DNA of 64,000 nt from Rhizophagus irregularis (lineage: Eukaryota). A program made the translations under genes and the position numbers. Below, piece after piece: positions 39,148-52,052 of this stretch. The notes beneath the pieces were generated by a model. The model was not told where the DNA came from, did not search any database, and saw only the letters and a list, made by a program, of their open reading frames with translations. Location: positions 496,001 to 560,000 of the forward strand of contig NC_089435.1 of the NCBI RefSeq assembly GCF_026210795.1. The letters are read 5' to 3'. Positions within the stretch are counted from its first letter, which is position 1; every line of letters starts with the position of its first letter.

Positions 39148-41583
39148 ATGTTGCAATGAACACATGATCATAACGGGGTGACATTTAGGTTTCGATTAGT
39201 GACCCATGATACTACTACCTTGCTAATCATTTTTAATAAGTAAAATTATGTTCCGCAGAATAACCTTGGTAATAAATTATAGATTTACGGATTAATTTGG
39301 ATAGTTCTTTAATTATATTTCTTCAACAATGATGTTGAGAATTTAACAGATATAAAAAATTTTTATAATATTAAAATTTATTTGTTAAATTTTAAAAATA
39401 GAGGCTGAGGGAAGTTCGGGGAGTGTCATTATCAGTGTATCAGTGTAATAATATCAATAATATCCAATAAGTTAGGGATGTTAATAACAATTCCATTAAA
39501 GGCTGATCATTGTAAGGATCTATTATAAATAATGTGCGCTCTGCGCTACAAAATTTCAACCAATTTGTCATCCTGATCGATAAATCACACTTATTCGGGA
39601 TTTCGTACTAATTATTGAATTTGTCAAAGTTTTTAAACCACATGAAGTCATATCAGATATGCGCTCTTGCATATGAAAATAAAAATAATAATGAGCGCCA
39701 TTATGAAATATCGCGCTTATATACATTCAATCACATCCAATTTTCATCATTGCAGTATCAATGAGCATTTTATATGAAATTTCCTTTAAATCTCAATTAC
39801 GATACTGAGCGATTGATTCCACACGGTTCTACTGTAAGGTTTATAAGTATATTTTTGAGTCTTGGTATTGTAAAGTATATTAATTAGGATGAACCGATGA
39901 AGATTTATTTTAATTATTATTTTTTTATAATAATAAATTGCATATACTTTATTACCGTATAAAAATTCATGTTACATATTATTTTCGTGACCTTTTTGCT
40001 ACTTGGAAATTACCACGCTTCTTCTTATTTGAAACTGTCATATAACACTCATCACAATAGTGTTAATATATTTCATTCACGCTAACTTTTTCAGATTCAT
40101 CAAATTCATCTTCTGGTACTTTTCCACACTGAAAGCAAATGTCTTCAAATAAACCACTTGAACAATAGGAAACTTCCAGTTTTAGAACGAAGCAAAACAC
40201 GTACAATTATAGATTTTACTTTTTATAAAAAAAGTGGCGGAAGATAGATTTACATAGATTTAACAATTTATCTTTGTTTGTGTAATACAAGATATATTTG
40301 TACAAAATATAATACATATAATATGAAAAAGAAAAAAAAATCCCCGTCAATTTTAAAATTTTATGTCACGAATATCTAAAAATTAATTTTGCCCGGCCTA
40401 ATCTAATGAAAAAAATTTTAAATTTTTATTATTTATTATTATCCTTCAATAAATTTATTTCGTAATTATTGTATTGTAATGTTTTGATATTATTGTGATA
40501 TGCCTGGTATGACTTTCCAATTTTTTTTTTTAAAAAAAAAATTCAAACCGAGACGGAATAATCCTTATTACAATTTATTGGTAGATATTTTTGTCAGAAA
40601 TATACGGGATCCCATTTTTATCTAATTTAAAATTAATTATAATTCGTCATTCTTGATTTTTGACAGATTATAAAAGAATAAAAGTACCGTATTATTAATC
40701 GAATATTAAAATAGATACACTTTGACAGAACATTTTTACTTTATCAATTTATGTCATACATTAAATTTGTATCAAAAAAATATATGATAATAATAAAACT
40801 TATTTTTTATTGACGTAAAAATTTATAATTTATTTGCATCCAAAATTATTTTAATAAATACTTATTGATTTGAATGTTCATCTCTTGACAGACTTGACGT
40901 TCCAAGGTATTATTATTATCATGTCGTTCTTGTCTTAAAAGGCACGATTTTCATACAACGTTCATCCAATGGAATAAATGAAGCCTTATTACTTGCATTC
41001 TGCTCAAGTTGAATAAGGAATAGATATGCGAATGATAATCATCTAATTTTCAAGAAAATTCTGTCATAAAAAAAATGTCGTCATATAAATATCAAAAAAT
41101 TTGAAAACTATTGCATAACTTACTGTAAAATTTGTTTTAGGTCAAGAATTTCCTTCGCATTATCATTGTTTATGACCATACTTCTAAAATCAATTGATTA
41201 CATGGATGAGCATAAATTATCCGCAATAATTGTCATTATATTGTTTCGTGCAACGGCGAGATACTTTGCGTTAATAGAAAAAGGTTTTTTTAGTGGGAAA
41301 AAAAGGAAAATAAGGTCTTTCGGATGAATTAATTGTGTATATTTGACGCTCATTCAACATTCAGGACTATTCTATTTTCTTAATTTTTATTGTACACCTC
41401 TTGGGACTAAAAAAGTATGGTGTGATTATAAAAATACTATATGATGTGACTAAAGAGGGGTTTTTTTTTGATAAGTTTATTAGTAACATGGAGCTAACGT
41501 AAATGTGCTTATAAGGAGGGTGTGATTATATCTGAGTGTGCCTATAAAGGAGAGTCGACTGTATTTTATTTTGTTGTTATATT

Positions 41584-41690
41584 CTCTGTAAAAATTCCAT
41601 GATTTTTCCGTGAATGTATCTTTTTCACAGAATTTTTACGAAAGTCACGGAGAAATAATGGAAATATTCGGATAAAAATTTTTTATAGGG
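41584..41690. mobile_element. Small MITE with CTCTGTAAAAA...TTTTTATAGGG ends and 3-bp TSD (ATT)
   Basis: ATT at 41581-83 and 41691-93. Internal TTCCGTGA/TCACGGA inverted motifs. A related degenerate copy lies at ~53531-53690. Confidence 0.55.
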
Positions 41691-42476
41691 ATTAAATTAC
41701 AAAATTAATTGAAAATTTTTTCGCAACCTTGGAAGTATAAAGACGAACTATCAAGTTTTGAATCAGACTTTTCTATTTAATATGTTATAAAAATTATCTT
41801 TTTTATCACAATTATTTAAATTATTTAAGTTTTTAAAATAATAAATAATTTATTCGGTTATTTTAATAGAAAAAACCAACAATAAAATTTTATAATGTGA
41901 AAAGGATTATAAGAAATATTTTAAATAAATGTTTCTTCATTTTTTTTTTATTATAATATTTTTAAGTTATAAAATGTTATTTTTTTTCTTGAAAAAAAAA
42001 AATCGCGAAAAATCTGACCAATAAAATTCGGTAAATCACGTTACCGAAATTTTCTTTAGCGTACATTTCAATTGAAAGTAGTTCATAGTGACGCTTAATA
42101 TTATTAATTTTAAATAAGAGCGCATATGACTTCATATGTTGTGCACAAAATATTTACGAATAATGTGCACTCTAATAATAATTTATGTCACACTATTTTT
42201 TGACCGACATCACCTATTAGAGTTCGAATTTGTTAAGGAGCTTCCCCTTTTCTCATAATCATAATTTGTAGATCCCTTACAATGATCAGTTTTTACAAAT
42301 AGATAATGAAATATTCGTTTGCTCTGATTGGATGGCCCTTTGACTATCTTTATCGGAATATATTTATTTATATACTGATAATAATGATACTTTCCAAACT
42401 TTCTTCAACTTTCACTTTTAAATGATTTATTTTATCGTATAAAAACATATAAATATCCCTGAAAAAATTATCTGAG

Positions 42477-44189
42477 ATGATTATTAACCTGCTTGAGAAT
42501 TTTACAATTAATGATTGTGCTTTGTTGTTAAGTGCAGCATTAATGACATATGTGGCATATTATTATTATACATATTTTACTCGTGTTAACCCTTTACCTG
42601 GCCCAATCCCAATCCCATTCATTGGTAATTTGCCCCATATTCATTGGCAGTTTAAGGGAGATGCTCAAATGTTTTACGATTATTGTCACGAGAAATATGG
42701 TGACATATATGAAATTTATTCAACTTATACAGGCGTACGGTCTATAGTTTTATGTCGAAAAGAATATATTGAAAATTTTTTATCAGAACGAAGTGCACAT
42801 TGGACGAGATTTCCCAATTTCAAAGGGCCAGATGAATTGGGAATTGAAGGAAAAGGATTAGTATTCAATAATAATTTTAAATCGTGGATATATAATCGTC
42901 ATTTTTTTTTACAAGCCATTATGTCACCGAAATTTACTGATGAAGCTATTGATTGGACAAATGAACGTTTCAATAAATTAGATAGTTATTGGAATAAATT
43001 ATTTCTTAAAGAAGAAATTATCAAAGAAAATAAAAATATATTTAATATGTTTCAATGGCTTAATCAATACTCATTTGATATGATTATTAAATTATTGACT
43101 GGTAAAAGACCTGATTTAATGAAAGCTTATTTTGATACTTTCGGTGATGAAAAATCCGGTCCATCAGCAATAGTCTGTGATTCTGCAAAAATAGTTCAAG
43201 CACTTCGCATATTTCTTGCAGATTATGCAATATTTTATTCCATTTCTCCTTTCTTACGACATTATTTTCCATTTTTTAAAAATAAAGCAGATAATTTACT
43301 TCAAAACATGAAGTTTGTTAATAAAAAACTTGATGCAATTATTAAGAAACGTAGACAAGAAATTGAAGATATACCGTTGGATGAACATTTACCGCATGAT
43401 ATATTGACATCAATGATTATTAAAAATACACTTCGTGATGTTAATTATATCGAAGCTGGTAAAGCCACGAAAGCTATGACTGATACTGAAATTCGCGGTA
43501 ATTTATTTGATGGACTTCTTGGCGGATGTAACAAAGTAAGCAACTTTTTTAGAAAAATCATAAATGCGATGCTTTAATTTGAAATTATTTTAATCATTCA
43601 TTTTCAAACATATCAAACATAGACTGCGAATATGCTTTCATTCATTATTTATTATATTTCACGTAATCCAGATGTGAAAAAGAAAATGCTAAAAGAAATT
43701 GATAGTATATTCCAAGATGATAAAATACGACCAATCACAAAAGATGATTATTATAGTTTAAGCTACTGTGAAGCAATTGTAAAAGAAGTAGCTCGAATTC
43801 TCCCAGCTATGCGCTCATTTTCAAGATATACTAATAAATCTGATAAAATAGCAGGATATCAATGGCCAGCTGGCATAACGTTTATAATTGATATTAAAGC
43901 TATTCATAATAAAGATGATTATTGGGAAGAACCTAATAGATTTAATCCTGATAGATGGATGGTTGAAAATTTTGAGCCAAAGAAGAATTCTTTTATTATG
44001 TTTGGTGGAGGTTTAAGATCATGTCCAGGAAGAAAGTTGGCAATGATTGAATTAGTTTGTACAATGGTTTTATTGTTTAGGAAATATGATATTAATTTAG
44101 TAGATACGAATTCTCCTATTAAAACTAGGAGTATCGCTATTTTTGTTGATTGCTTCGAATTACTAGTTGAAATTAAACCAAGAAATTGA
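42477..44189 (+). CDS. Cytochrome P450, two exons, apparently intact
   Basis: N-terminal anchor plus PLPGPIPIP hinge. Intron 43536-43622. EVAR (ExxR), FNPDRW, heme motif FGGGLRSCPG. Confidence 0.93.
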
Positions 44190-44664
44190 TTTATTGAATT
44201 ATAATTATTATTAGCTAGTTAAGATTAAACGTAAAAATAAGTTCATATATCGCGGCGGCACGTAAATAACCGTCACCATTCATAGAGATAATTATGTTGA
44301 TTATTGGTGAATTATGTAATTTCGTTAGGGCAGTGACATATATTACATAATATTACTTTAATATAAGAGCTTACCCCTATTACCCCTAAGATATATATAT
44401 TAATTACCTTTATATAGTAATATATGTAACCTAAGATTTATGAATACCTCACCCCTTAAAATATTACCTAATATAATGCCACGGCCCTTATTTAAAGTTA
44501 AATTTGTCATTTAAATATTTTTATTATTGCTGTACTATATAAATTTTGACAATATAAGTATAACCGTGCAGTCATGTCGGTTATACCCACCACATATACA
44601 GTAAGTATTTTATATGATGCGTTAAAAATCACGAACATGACATGTGCAAACAAACGATGGTGGC

Positions 44665-45080
44665 CACTTGCTGTTTCGTAAATGTGATAAACCGATTTGC
44701 GCTTTCACCAAAATCTGTTAATATAATATAATCTTTCAGATTTTTTAGTCTCCATTCAAGCAACTCCTGATAATAGGTTTATATAATAAAATTTTGTTAG
44801 GTGTGTTAAAGAGATGGGCTGATGTAGAAAGAAAAGAATCAAACCTTGAATTTGAGCAACGTTGGTATGGATGTGATATTGTCGCCAATTCAACCTTATT
44901 AGTTGGCAGTTTTACCGCAGAACTTCATGAAAGATATGACATGTATATAAAGGCACCGACAACTCATTTCATTATCTGATATATTAAAATTGATAAAATT
45001 CAAATATGTTAATACTTACTATATATTTGTAATCCGTATAGTTTCAACGAGTTTAATTTTATACCTGTACCGCCATGCGT
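44665..45080 (-). pseudogene. 3' part of a decayed copy of the nuclease-fold gene at 35894-38387
   Basis: Reverse-complement similarity to ~37905-38375 (last three exons and introns), with indels. Confidence 0.8.
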
Positions 45081-45084
45081 AAGA

Positions 45085-48000
45085 CGGAATAAATCATATA
45101 TCAGATATTCTTAATCTGAATTCGGGATCTGACAAAAATCCGGATATCAGGTGATGAATTATCAATTTTTTTTATTTTGCTAGATATAATTTATTTCTGG
45201 CGCACATCTGAAATCTGTGTCACGCCACAGCTCTTGATCACGTGACACATCCAATCAGATTATCTCATTATCGTGTTGTACTGATAAATATCCTTAGAAA
45301 AAAACGAAGTTAAAAAAAAAGAGATGAAAAAAAAGCAGTATTTTTCTTAAAATATTATTATAAAAAAATTATTTTATTACTTTTATAATAAAGACATTTA
45401 AGAAATTATTCTTTTACACTTTATTAACTTTTAATAAACAAATAAACAAACTATTTTTAAAGAAAATAGTTTTTAGTAAAAACGTGAATTATTCTATGAA
45501 TATTTGAATCAGCTTGATACTAGGTATTTTTTACATCTGAATAATGATCTCAAAGCTTGGCGCAGCCAATTGATTGTGGCGCAACAAAAGTCATAAAAAG
45601 AAATTTTTTTTCTAATAATAAATTGCCATTAAAAGTTACTAGCTAGGTGTAATTTTTGAATTTACTTAGAGCGACAAAGGCGGTTTTAAATATCGTTATC
45701 GATTTATTTATTCTTTCGCCAAATCTATTTTTTAAAAAATCATCGTCAAAATCGACATTCAAAACCTTCTTCCGAATCCTAAGTAAACTTTCAGAGCAGG
45801 TGAAAATACCTCCATTATAAATTTATAAGCTTTTATGCTAAATAAAAAAATCTTAAAGACCTTTTTTGAAATCACCACGAACCTGGCCGGATATAGGTCA
45901 AACTATAGATTTTGATTATATACAGTAACTATTATCTTTTCTGCCGCTTATGGTTATTTTTACCATTACTATCTTCTTCAAGTCTTTTATTAGGTTCGAT
46001 TACCCTTTGTTCTGCTGATTCTTTACGCGAGCTTGCTGAATACCTTGTAATCCATCCTTCAACTGTTTTTATTTCTGGCACTTCATTTTCCCTTCTTCAG
46101 CTAGCTCTTTTAGCTATATTACTATTTCTTTTGCAGACATTCGATCAATTTTGTTCACATTCCCTGCTAAAAAAACCTTTCTAAGTAAGTTTTCACCTTC
46201 ATTGATATGCATTTTCCAGTGCCTTGTTGACCATATTTATGGCTACTTTTGAGCGCTCATCCACTTTTTAATGGAAAATTTTCGTTTATAACTAACAATG
46301 AATTGCAGTTATCAGTGATTTGTTCCTAAGCCGTAATATAGATATTATACCTATATGATGGTTTTTACTCTCAAAAGTGGTCTTATCTGAAATATTTACT
46401 AAAAAGATTAGGTTTCTTACGAACATAAATAGAACATTCACTACCGTACTTTCAGTCCGAGCAATGGGAAATTCCATACTAAATTTGGTTTCGTATGGGC
46501 GGAAAAACTAGGAGTTGACGTATTCAAGGGTTCTTTGATCAGATTTGTTGAGAATAACACCTATGTGCGGTAATAATACCTGAGCCTCCTTAGGCCACTC
46601 AAAATAAGATGATTTGTAATGCCTGGTATAGTTTTAACGAGCACTTGATTACGTTTTGGATCCAGATGAGCAACGGAGGTTCCGCCCAAGTTTTTTATAG
46701 CAACATCTATTATCTCACCTCCATCTAAATAGTAACAAACTCTTACTTATCTCTTGCTATTTAAAATATAATTATTTTAGCGAAAAAAAAATTTCAAATA
46801 TAACAAGTCCTTACTCATTAATTAATATAATGCTTTAATTATAGGATGATTTTCAGTTCAAGATGTCCAATTTACACGCTTGTTCATGATACAGTAGATA
46901 TTGATGGATGTTCCTCTTTTCGGTGAAATTCTGCAACTTACCTGCGATTGATGCGAATCAACGCTGGGTTTTCATCCCAGGTTCAAGGAAGTTCCATGAA
47001 CATCGATATTATACCATTGGTTCCAATTTGCAACAATGGTCATCAATTCCGAATTGTGGTAACGTTCACCATTATCAGAAAAGATTTTGATCCACTTTGG
47101 TTTTGGGTCTAGCGTTTCGGCAACAGCATCAAAGAATGATGCTGTAAACCAAGTGTCTTGCTTGGTAGATCAGTGGTCAAATGCTTGCACATTAAGCTGC
47201 AAATCGTCACGTTTTGTAAAAACCAAAATCGTATGAAGATTCCATCCTCGTTTTCCAAAGAATTACGCCTTGGTTTCCCGGGCACTTTTAGGTAAAATTC
47301 TCGTTTTGTAATCGCATACCAATACCGTTCTACCATCATCAAGTTCTAAAAGTTTGCTTTGAAGTGATTCGAACAGACCTTTCTTGCCTGGTAAGCAAGA
47401 AAATAGTAAAGGTTATTTCGTGACTCCTCAATTGTAGTTCGAAGATTCTTTGGAAGTATAGGTAGCTAAATGTTCGATAAGCACGAACAGTTGATCGCGG
47501 ATCTTATGTTCTTAATTACATTCCCCAAACACGTACAGTAAACAACGGTTAATTATATCCGAATGCGAGATTGTGCTTCTATATTTACAGCTATATTTAC
47601 GGATCTTCATGGCGTAACTTCTCAAGTTCGTTCATCAATGTATTAATGTTTCTTGAAAATTATTAGATTTATTTTATTAGAGAATATTATGTATATTTAT
47701 TTATAATAAATTCATTAAATGTAACAAATAAATGAATATTTTACCCACGATTCCTGTTTTACATTTGACTTTACCAAATTTATCAATGTATCAAACACTT
47801 CGTAGCAATAATCACTGCAAATATTATATAATCCGCCCAAATCTTTTCGATACACATGGCGACCACTTGCTAAGCGTGCGATAAGTCGCTTCGAATTTTG
47901 TCAGAGGGATTCTTTGTTATCCTTTAAATATAGTAACGGCAGGTTAGTTTTCGGATCAACGCGTTATGAGCTCATAGTGACATTATCTTTGTCAGAAAAA

Positions 48001-49185
48001 AACTCTTGAATTCTTTGTCTTTTATTTCAGAAATATAACTTCGTTTTAACTCTCGCGGGTCATCCTGATCATTTGCACGTCTATATTTCTTTGTGGCATT
48101 AATTAAATCGTTTGAAGTCTAAAAAAAATTAGAATAAATATTATTTTTCATGAAATAACGAAATAATTGACGAATTGTTTTTTATGTATATCAGCAAAAT
48201 TTCTTGTATTTCCCTATGTCCAAATTTTTCCGCGATAATAGAGAATTCGTTGCTTTCTATCCAATCCACATTTATTGACTCTAATCGTTTCTTTAAAACT
48301 ATTCTAAAATTCATCAATTATACTTTTCAATCGATTATTTTCTTTTATAGATCCATTTAGTAGATTCTTGTATTATAAAAGTAGCTATCGACTTTTTGGC
48401 AAAAATGAAGTTGTTTAAATTTAAAAAAAACATACTTTCGATCCTTGCTTTTAGTAGGGAGTTAACATATGTACAACTACGCTTTTCATCATCTTCGTTA
48501 TAGCCGTTTAAGATGCATCATAAATTCTATAATACTTGACTCTTGCTCTTTCCACTCAGTAAAAAACGTATACTAATCAATTCCAACAACGGAAATTTTA
48601 CGCTTTAGATTCTTTCAATTTCTTGGGTCATTAATTCAACATCATTCTATTCATTCACATTATATATTGGAGATTACTGTTAAATTTTCAATGCATTAAT
48701 TGTAAAATGATGCTTAATTCCAAATAAAATATTACCATTATAATTTTTCGGAATTCCCATTTTCTTCCAGACTTTAGTTGGTGAAACATCACTGTAATAT
48801 GCGATCCTTTCTTTCTTTTGGAATACTTCTATATGACAATATTTGCTTTCAATTATTTGGATAAAAAGACTTTGCTTTTCTCGATATTTGTGCATGAAAC
48901 TTGTTTGATATCCTATTTGAATCACTTAAATTTATAATCAAAAGAGAAAGCTTGTCAACTGTTATCTTAAAGGACAAAACAAAACATCGGACAATAGTTC
49001 TTGGGTAATATTTTCATAAAATTGAAGTCCTGAATATCGTGTTTTATTATTGAATTTATAGCTTTTGAAGCAGATAAATAAAATTTTGAAGTTACATCTG
49101 ACTCACAGGCATAACCTGGCTTTATAATCAAATTTTAACCACGTGTACCGATTATTGCACGGATCAAGAATAAATCTAACAATCA
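45085..49185 (-). mobile_element. Decayed DNA transposon with DDE/RNase H-fold transposase pseudogene, inserted in the nuclease pseudogene
   Basis: 47340->46945 reads VLVCDYKTRILPKSARETKA*FFGKRGWNLHTILVF..AFDH*STKQDTWFTASFFDAVAETL..IKIFSDNGERYHNSELM..FLEPG..SVDSH. Further remnants to ~48930. Termini not identified. Confidence 0.6.
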
Positions 49186-49189
49186 TATC

Positions 49190-50363
49190 AATCGCGACAA
49201 ATGGCTCTTCTGATGATCCGAACGCTTCATCTCATATATTCTAACCCTAATTCATACCTAATCCATACCTTAATCTCAATTTTATACCCTATCTAAACCA
49301 TATCCTGATCGAACCCTAATCCTAATCAATACCCTAGACTAAAATTTTCCAATATTAAGTTATCAACATCTTGCATTTTAAACATATTACTGTATATCAA
49401 ATAATTACTCGGTGCGCGGTTGGTCTTTCGTTATTGCCATTTGTTAACGCATCACGTACATTGATTATTTTGTTACCACAATCCATATCTTTCCATCATA
49501 TTGAATTCTTCTCAGAATTGTTTTCCAATTCATCCTTGTTACCAGTATTTTTTTAAATCATTAAGAGAGTCTTCTATACGTCGGCGTTTATATGAAGTCT
49601 CCTTATTTTCAGTTTCAAAATCTATTTAGCATAATATTCAATAAATTGAATAAAACAAATCATAAAAAGGCACTGTGAAAAAGACTAAATAGTACCAAAT
49701 TATCGGAGCCCCTAATGGTCGTTATCTCCAACATTGCTAATGTTGACACTTTCGCAAGAAACAAGCCGTAAGCAGTTTGTTCCCGTGTTAATATTCTTTT
49801 CTTAGAGTGTTTTTTCAACTCCAAGCCATAATTTATCTATATTGCTTCCTGTTTTACGTTGATTCTGGTTCTTGATACAAAAAAAAAAATAAAAAAAAAT
49901 ACTATTAATATATTTAAAATGCTTTTAGCGTACAATTAAAAAAAATGCTATTAATATATTAACCATAACGATCTAAAAGATCATCAGAAGGACAACTAAA
50001 AGTTGCGTCTTCCTTGTTATGGATGTCGCAACCACAACGATCTAAAAGATCTTCAGAAGGACAACTAAAAGTTGTGTCTTCCTTGTCGTGGACAACCGCA
50101 GTCAACTAAAAGATCACTGCAGAGGACATACATTTCCTATATGGAGAAAGTACTTGCCTGACATTTGGCTAAAAGTTCGTTAGCTTTCCAGATTTTTGGA
50201 AGATCTAAGCCACGATTAATAATCGCGCGGAGACTTTAAGAAGCGCGTCCATGTCTTGTTATAAATGTTTCTTAGGTTCATTTTTGTGAACTTCGATCCA
50301 ATTTTTATGAAATTGAAAAATAATTAACAGGTATATCATCAAAATAACGATTCTAAAATTCAT
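49190..50363 (-). pseudogene. 5' part of the decayed nuclease-fold gene copy
   Basis: ATG at 50363. Reverse-complement similarity to ~35894-37150 including intron 1. Frameshifts and stops. Confidence 0.85.
49241..49335. repeat. Degenerate (CCCTAA)n telomere-like tract
   Basis: ctaaccctaa ttcatacctaat ... aaccctaatcctaat; 6-bp periodicity. Confidence 0.55.
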
Positions 50364-50706
50364 AGTAAGTGCTGTGTAATGAGTTCAGAACGCGTCGCTC
50401 ACGAACACTGAACTAGTTTTAGTGATCTACAATGCTTGTTTTATTGGTTATGTCTCATGTGATTAATTATAAACCAATACAATTTATTGAATAACGTGAC
50501 AAATAACTAATGAAATTACCGTCTGCGCCACCAGATTGCTCTGATTGATCGAATTAAGATATATATGATTTATTCTTTGTATCATTGTATTAACATACCT
50601 AACAAAATTTTATTATATGACTATCAGGAGTCAGTCTAAAAAACACATTTATGAAACAGTACAAAAAAAGCAAGTGGCCACCACAGCCGAGGTCGAAGAG
50701 ATAGTG

Positions 50707-50794
50707 GAAACTTGTCCAATTTCCATGGTGTACGCAAGACTTCAATGAAGTTTGGAAATATTATGGAAATATTATGCAAATTGGACAAGTTTCA
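50707..50794. repeat. Short inverted repeat / possible MITE core
   Basis: GAAACTTGTCCAATTT(C)CAT ... ATG(C)AAATTGGACAAGTTTC. Confidence 0.55.
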
Positions 50795-51149
50795 ATCGCG
50801 CACATCAAGATTTCCCTAGTGGAAGCCATATCACTTCAAATATTTTAACAAATCTATAACAAAAATGAGAATTGTTTATGGAAGTTAAACTTTTTATATT
50901 ACACTATTATTAAATTTTTTTTCAAGCGTTCGTTTTAACGTATAAAATGCTTACTATATATGCGGTGATATAACCGAAATGACTTCACGGTTGTATTTAA
51001 GAACTTTTAAGTAACAACAATAATAAAAATACTTAAATAAATTTTAATTCATCAATAATCAGCGGTATATAAACTTATTTTTACAAATAATATAAGAAAG
51101 CCAATTTCTTTGTTTAATCTCAACTAATGAAAATTATGACAACAACAAA

Positions 51150-52052
51150 TCAATTTCTTGGTTTAATTTCAACTATTAATTTGACATAATCAGCTTTACA
51201 TTTAATGAGCGAATTCATATCTACTAAATTAACATCATATTTTCTAAACAATAAAGCTATCGAACAAACTAATTCAATCATTACTAACTTTCTTCCTGGA
51301 CATGATCTTAATCCTCCACCAAACATAATATAAAAGAATTCTTCTTTGGCTCAAAATTTTCAACCATCCATCTATCAGGATTAATCTATTAGGTTCTTCC
51401 CAATAATCATCTTTATTATGAATATCAATTATAAACAGTATGTCAACTGGCCATTGATATCCTGCTATTTTATCAGATTTATCAGTATATCTTGAAAATG
51501 AGCGCATAGCTGGGAGAATTCGAGCTACTTCTTTTACAATTGCTTCACAGTAGCTTAAACTATAATAATCATCTTTTGTGATTGGTCGTATTTTATCATC
51601 TTGGAATATACTATCAATTTCTTTTAGCATTTTCTTTTCACATCTGGATTACGTGAAATATAATATATAATGAATGAAAACATATTCGCAGTCTATGAAT
51701 TAAAAAAAAAAGAATGATTAAAATAATTTCAAATTAAAGCGTCGCATTTATGATTTTTCTAAAAGTTACTTACTTTATTAACTCCAAGAAGTCCATCAAA
51801 TAAATTAACGCGAATTTCAGTATCAGTCATAGCTCTCGTGACTTTGCCAGCTTCGATATAATCAACATCACGAAGTGTATTTTTAATAATCATTGATGTC
51901 AATATATCATGTGGTAAATGTTCATTCAATGGTGTATCTTCAATTTCCTGTCTACGTTTCTTAATAATTGCATCCAGTTTTTTATTAATAAACTCCATTT
52001 TTTGAAGTACGATATCTGCTTTATTTTTAAAAAATGGAAAATAATGTCGTAA
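51150..52052 (-). pseudogene. P450 pseudogene: 5' half deleted, frameshifted
   Basis: Matches ~43255-44189 including the intron. Deletions near DIKAIH and in the heme region. At ~52052 it joins directly to upstream-like sequence (52053-52640, similar to ~41730-42345). Confidence 0.9.
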
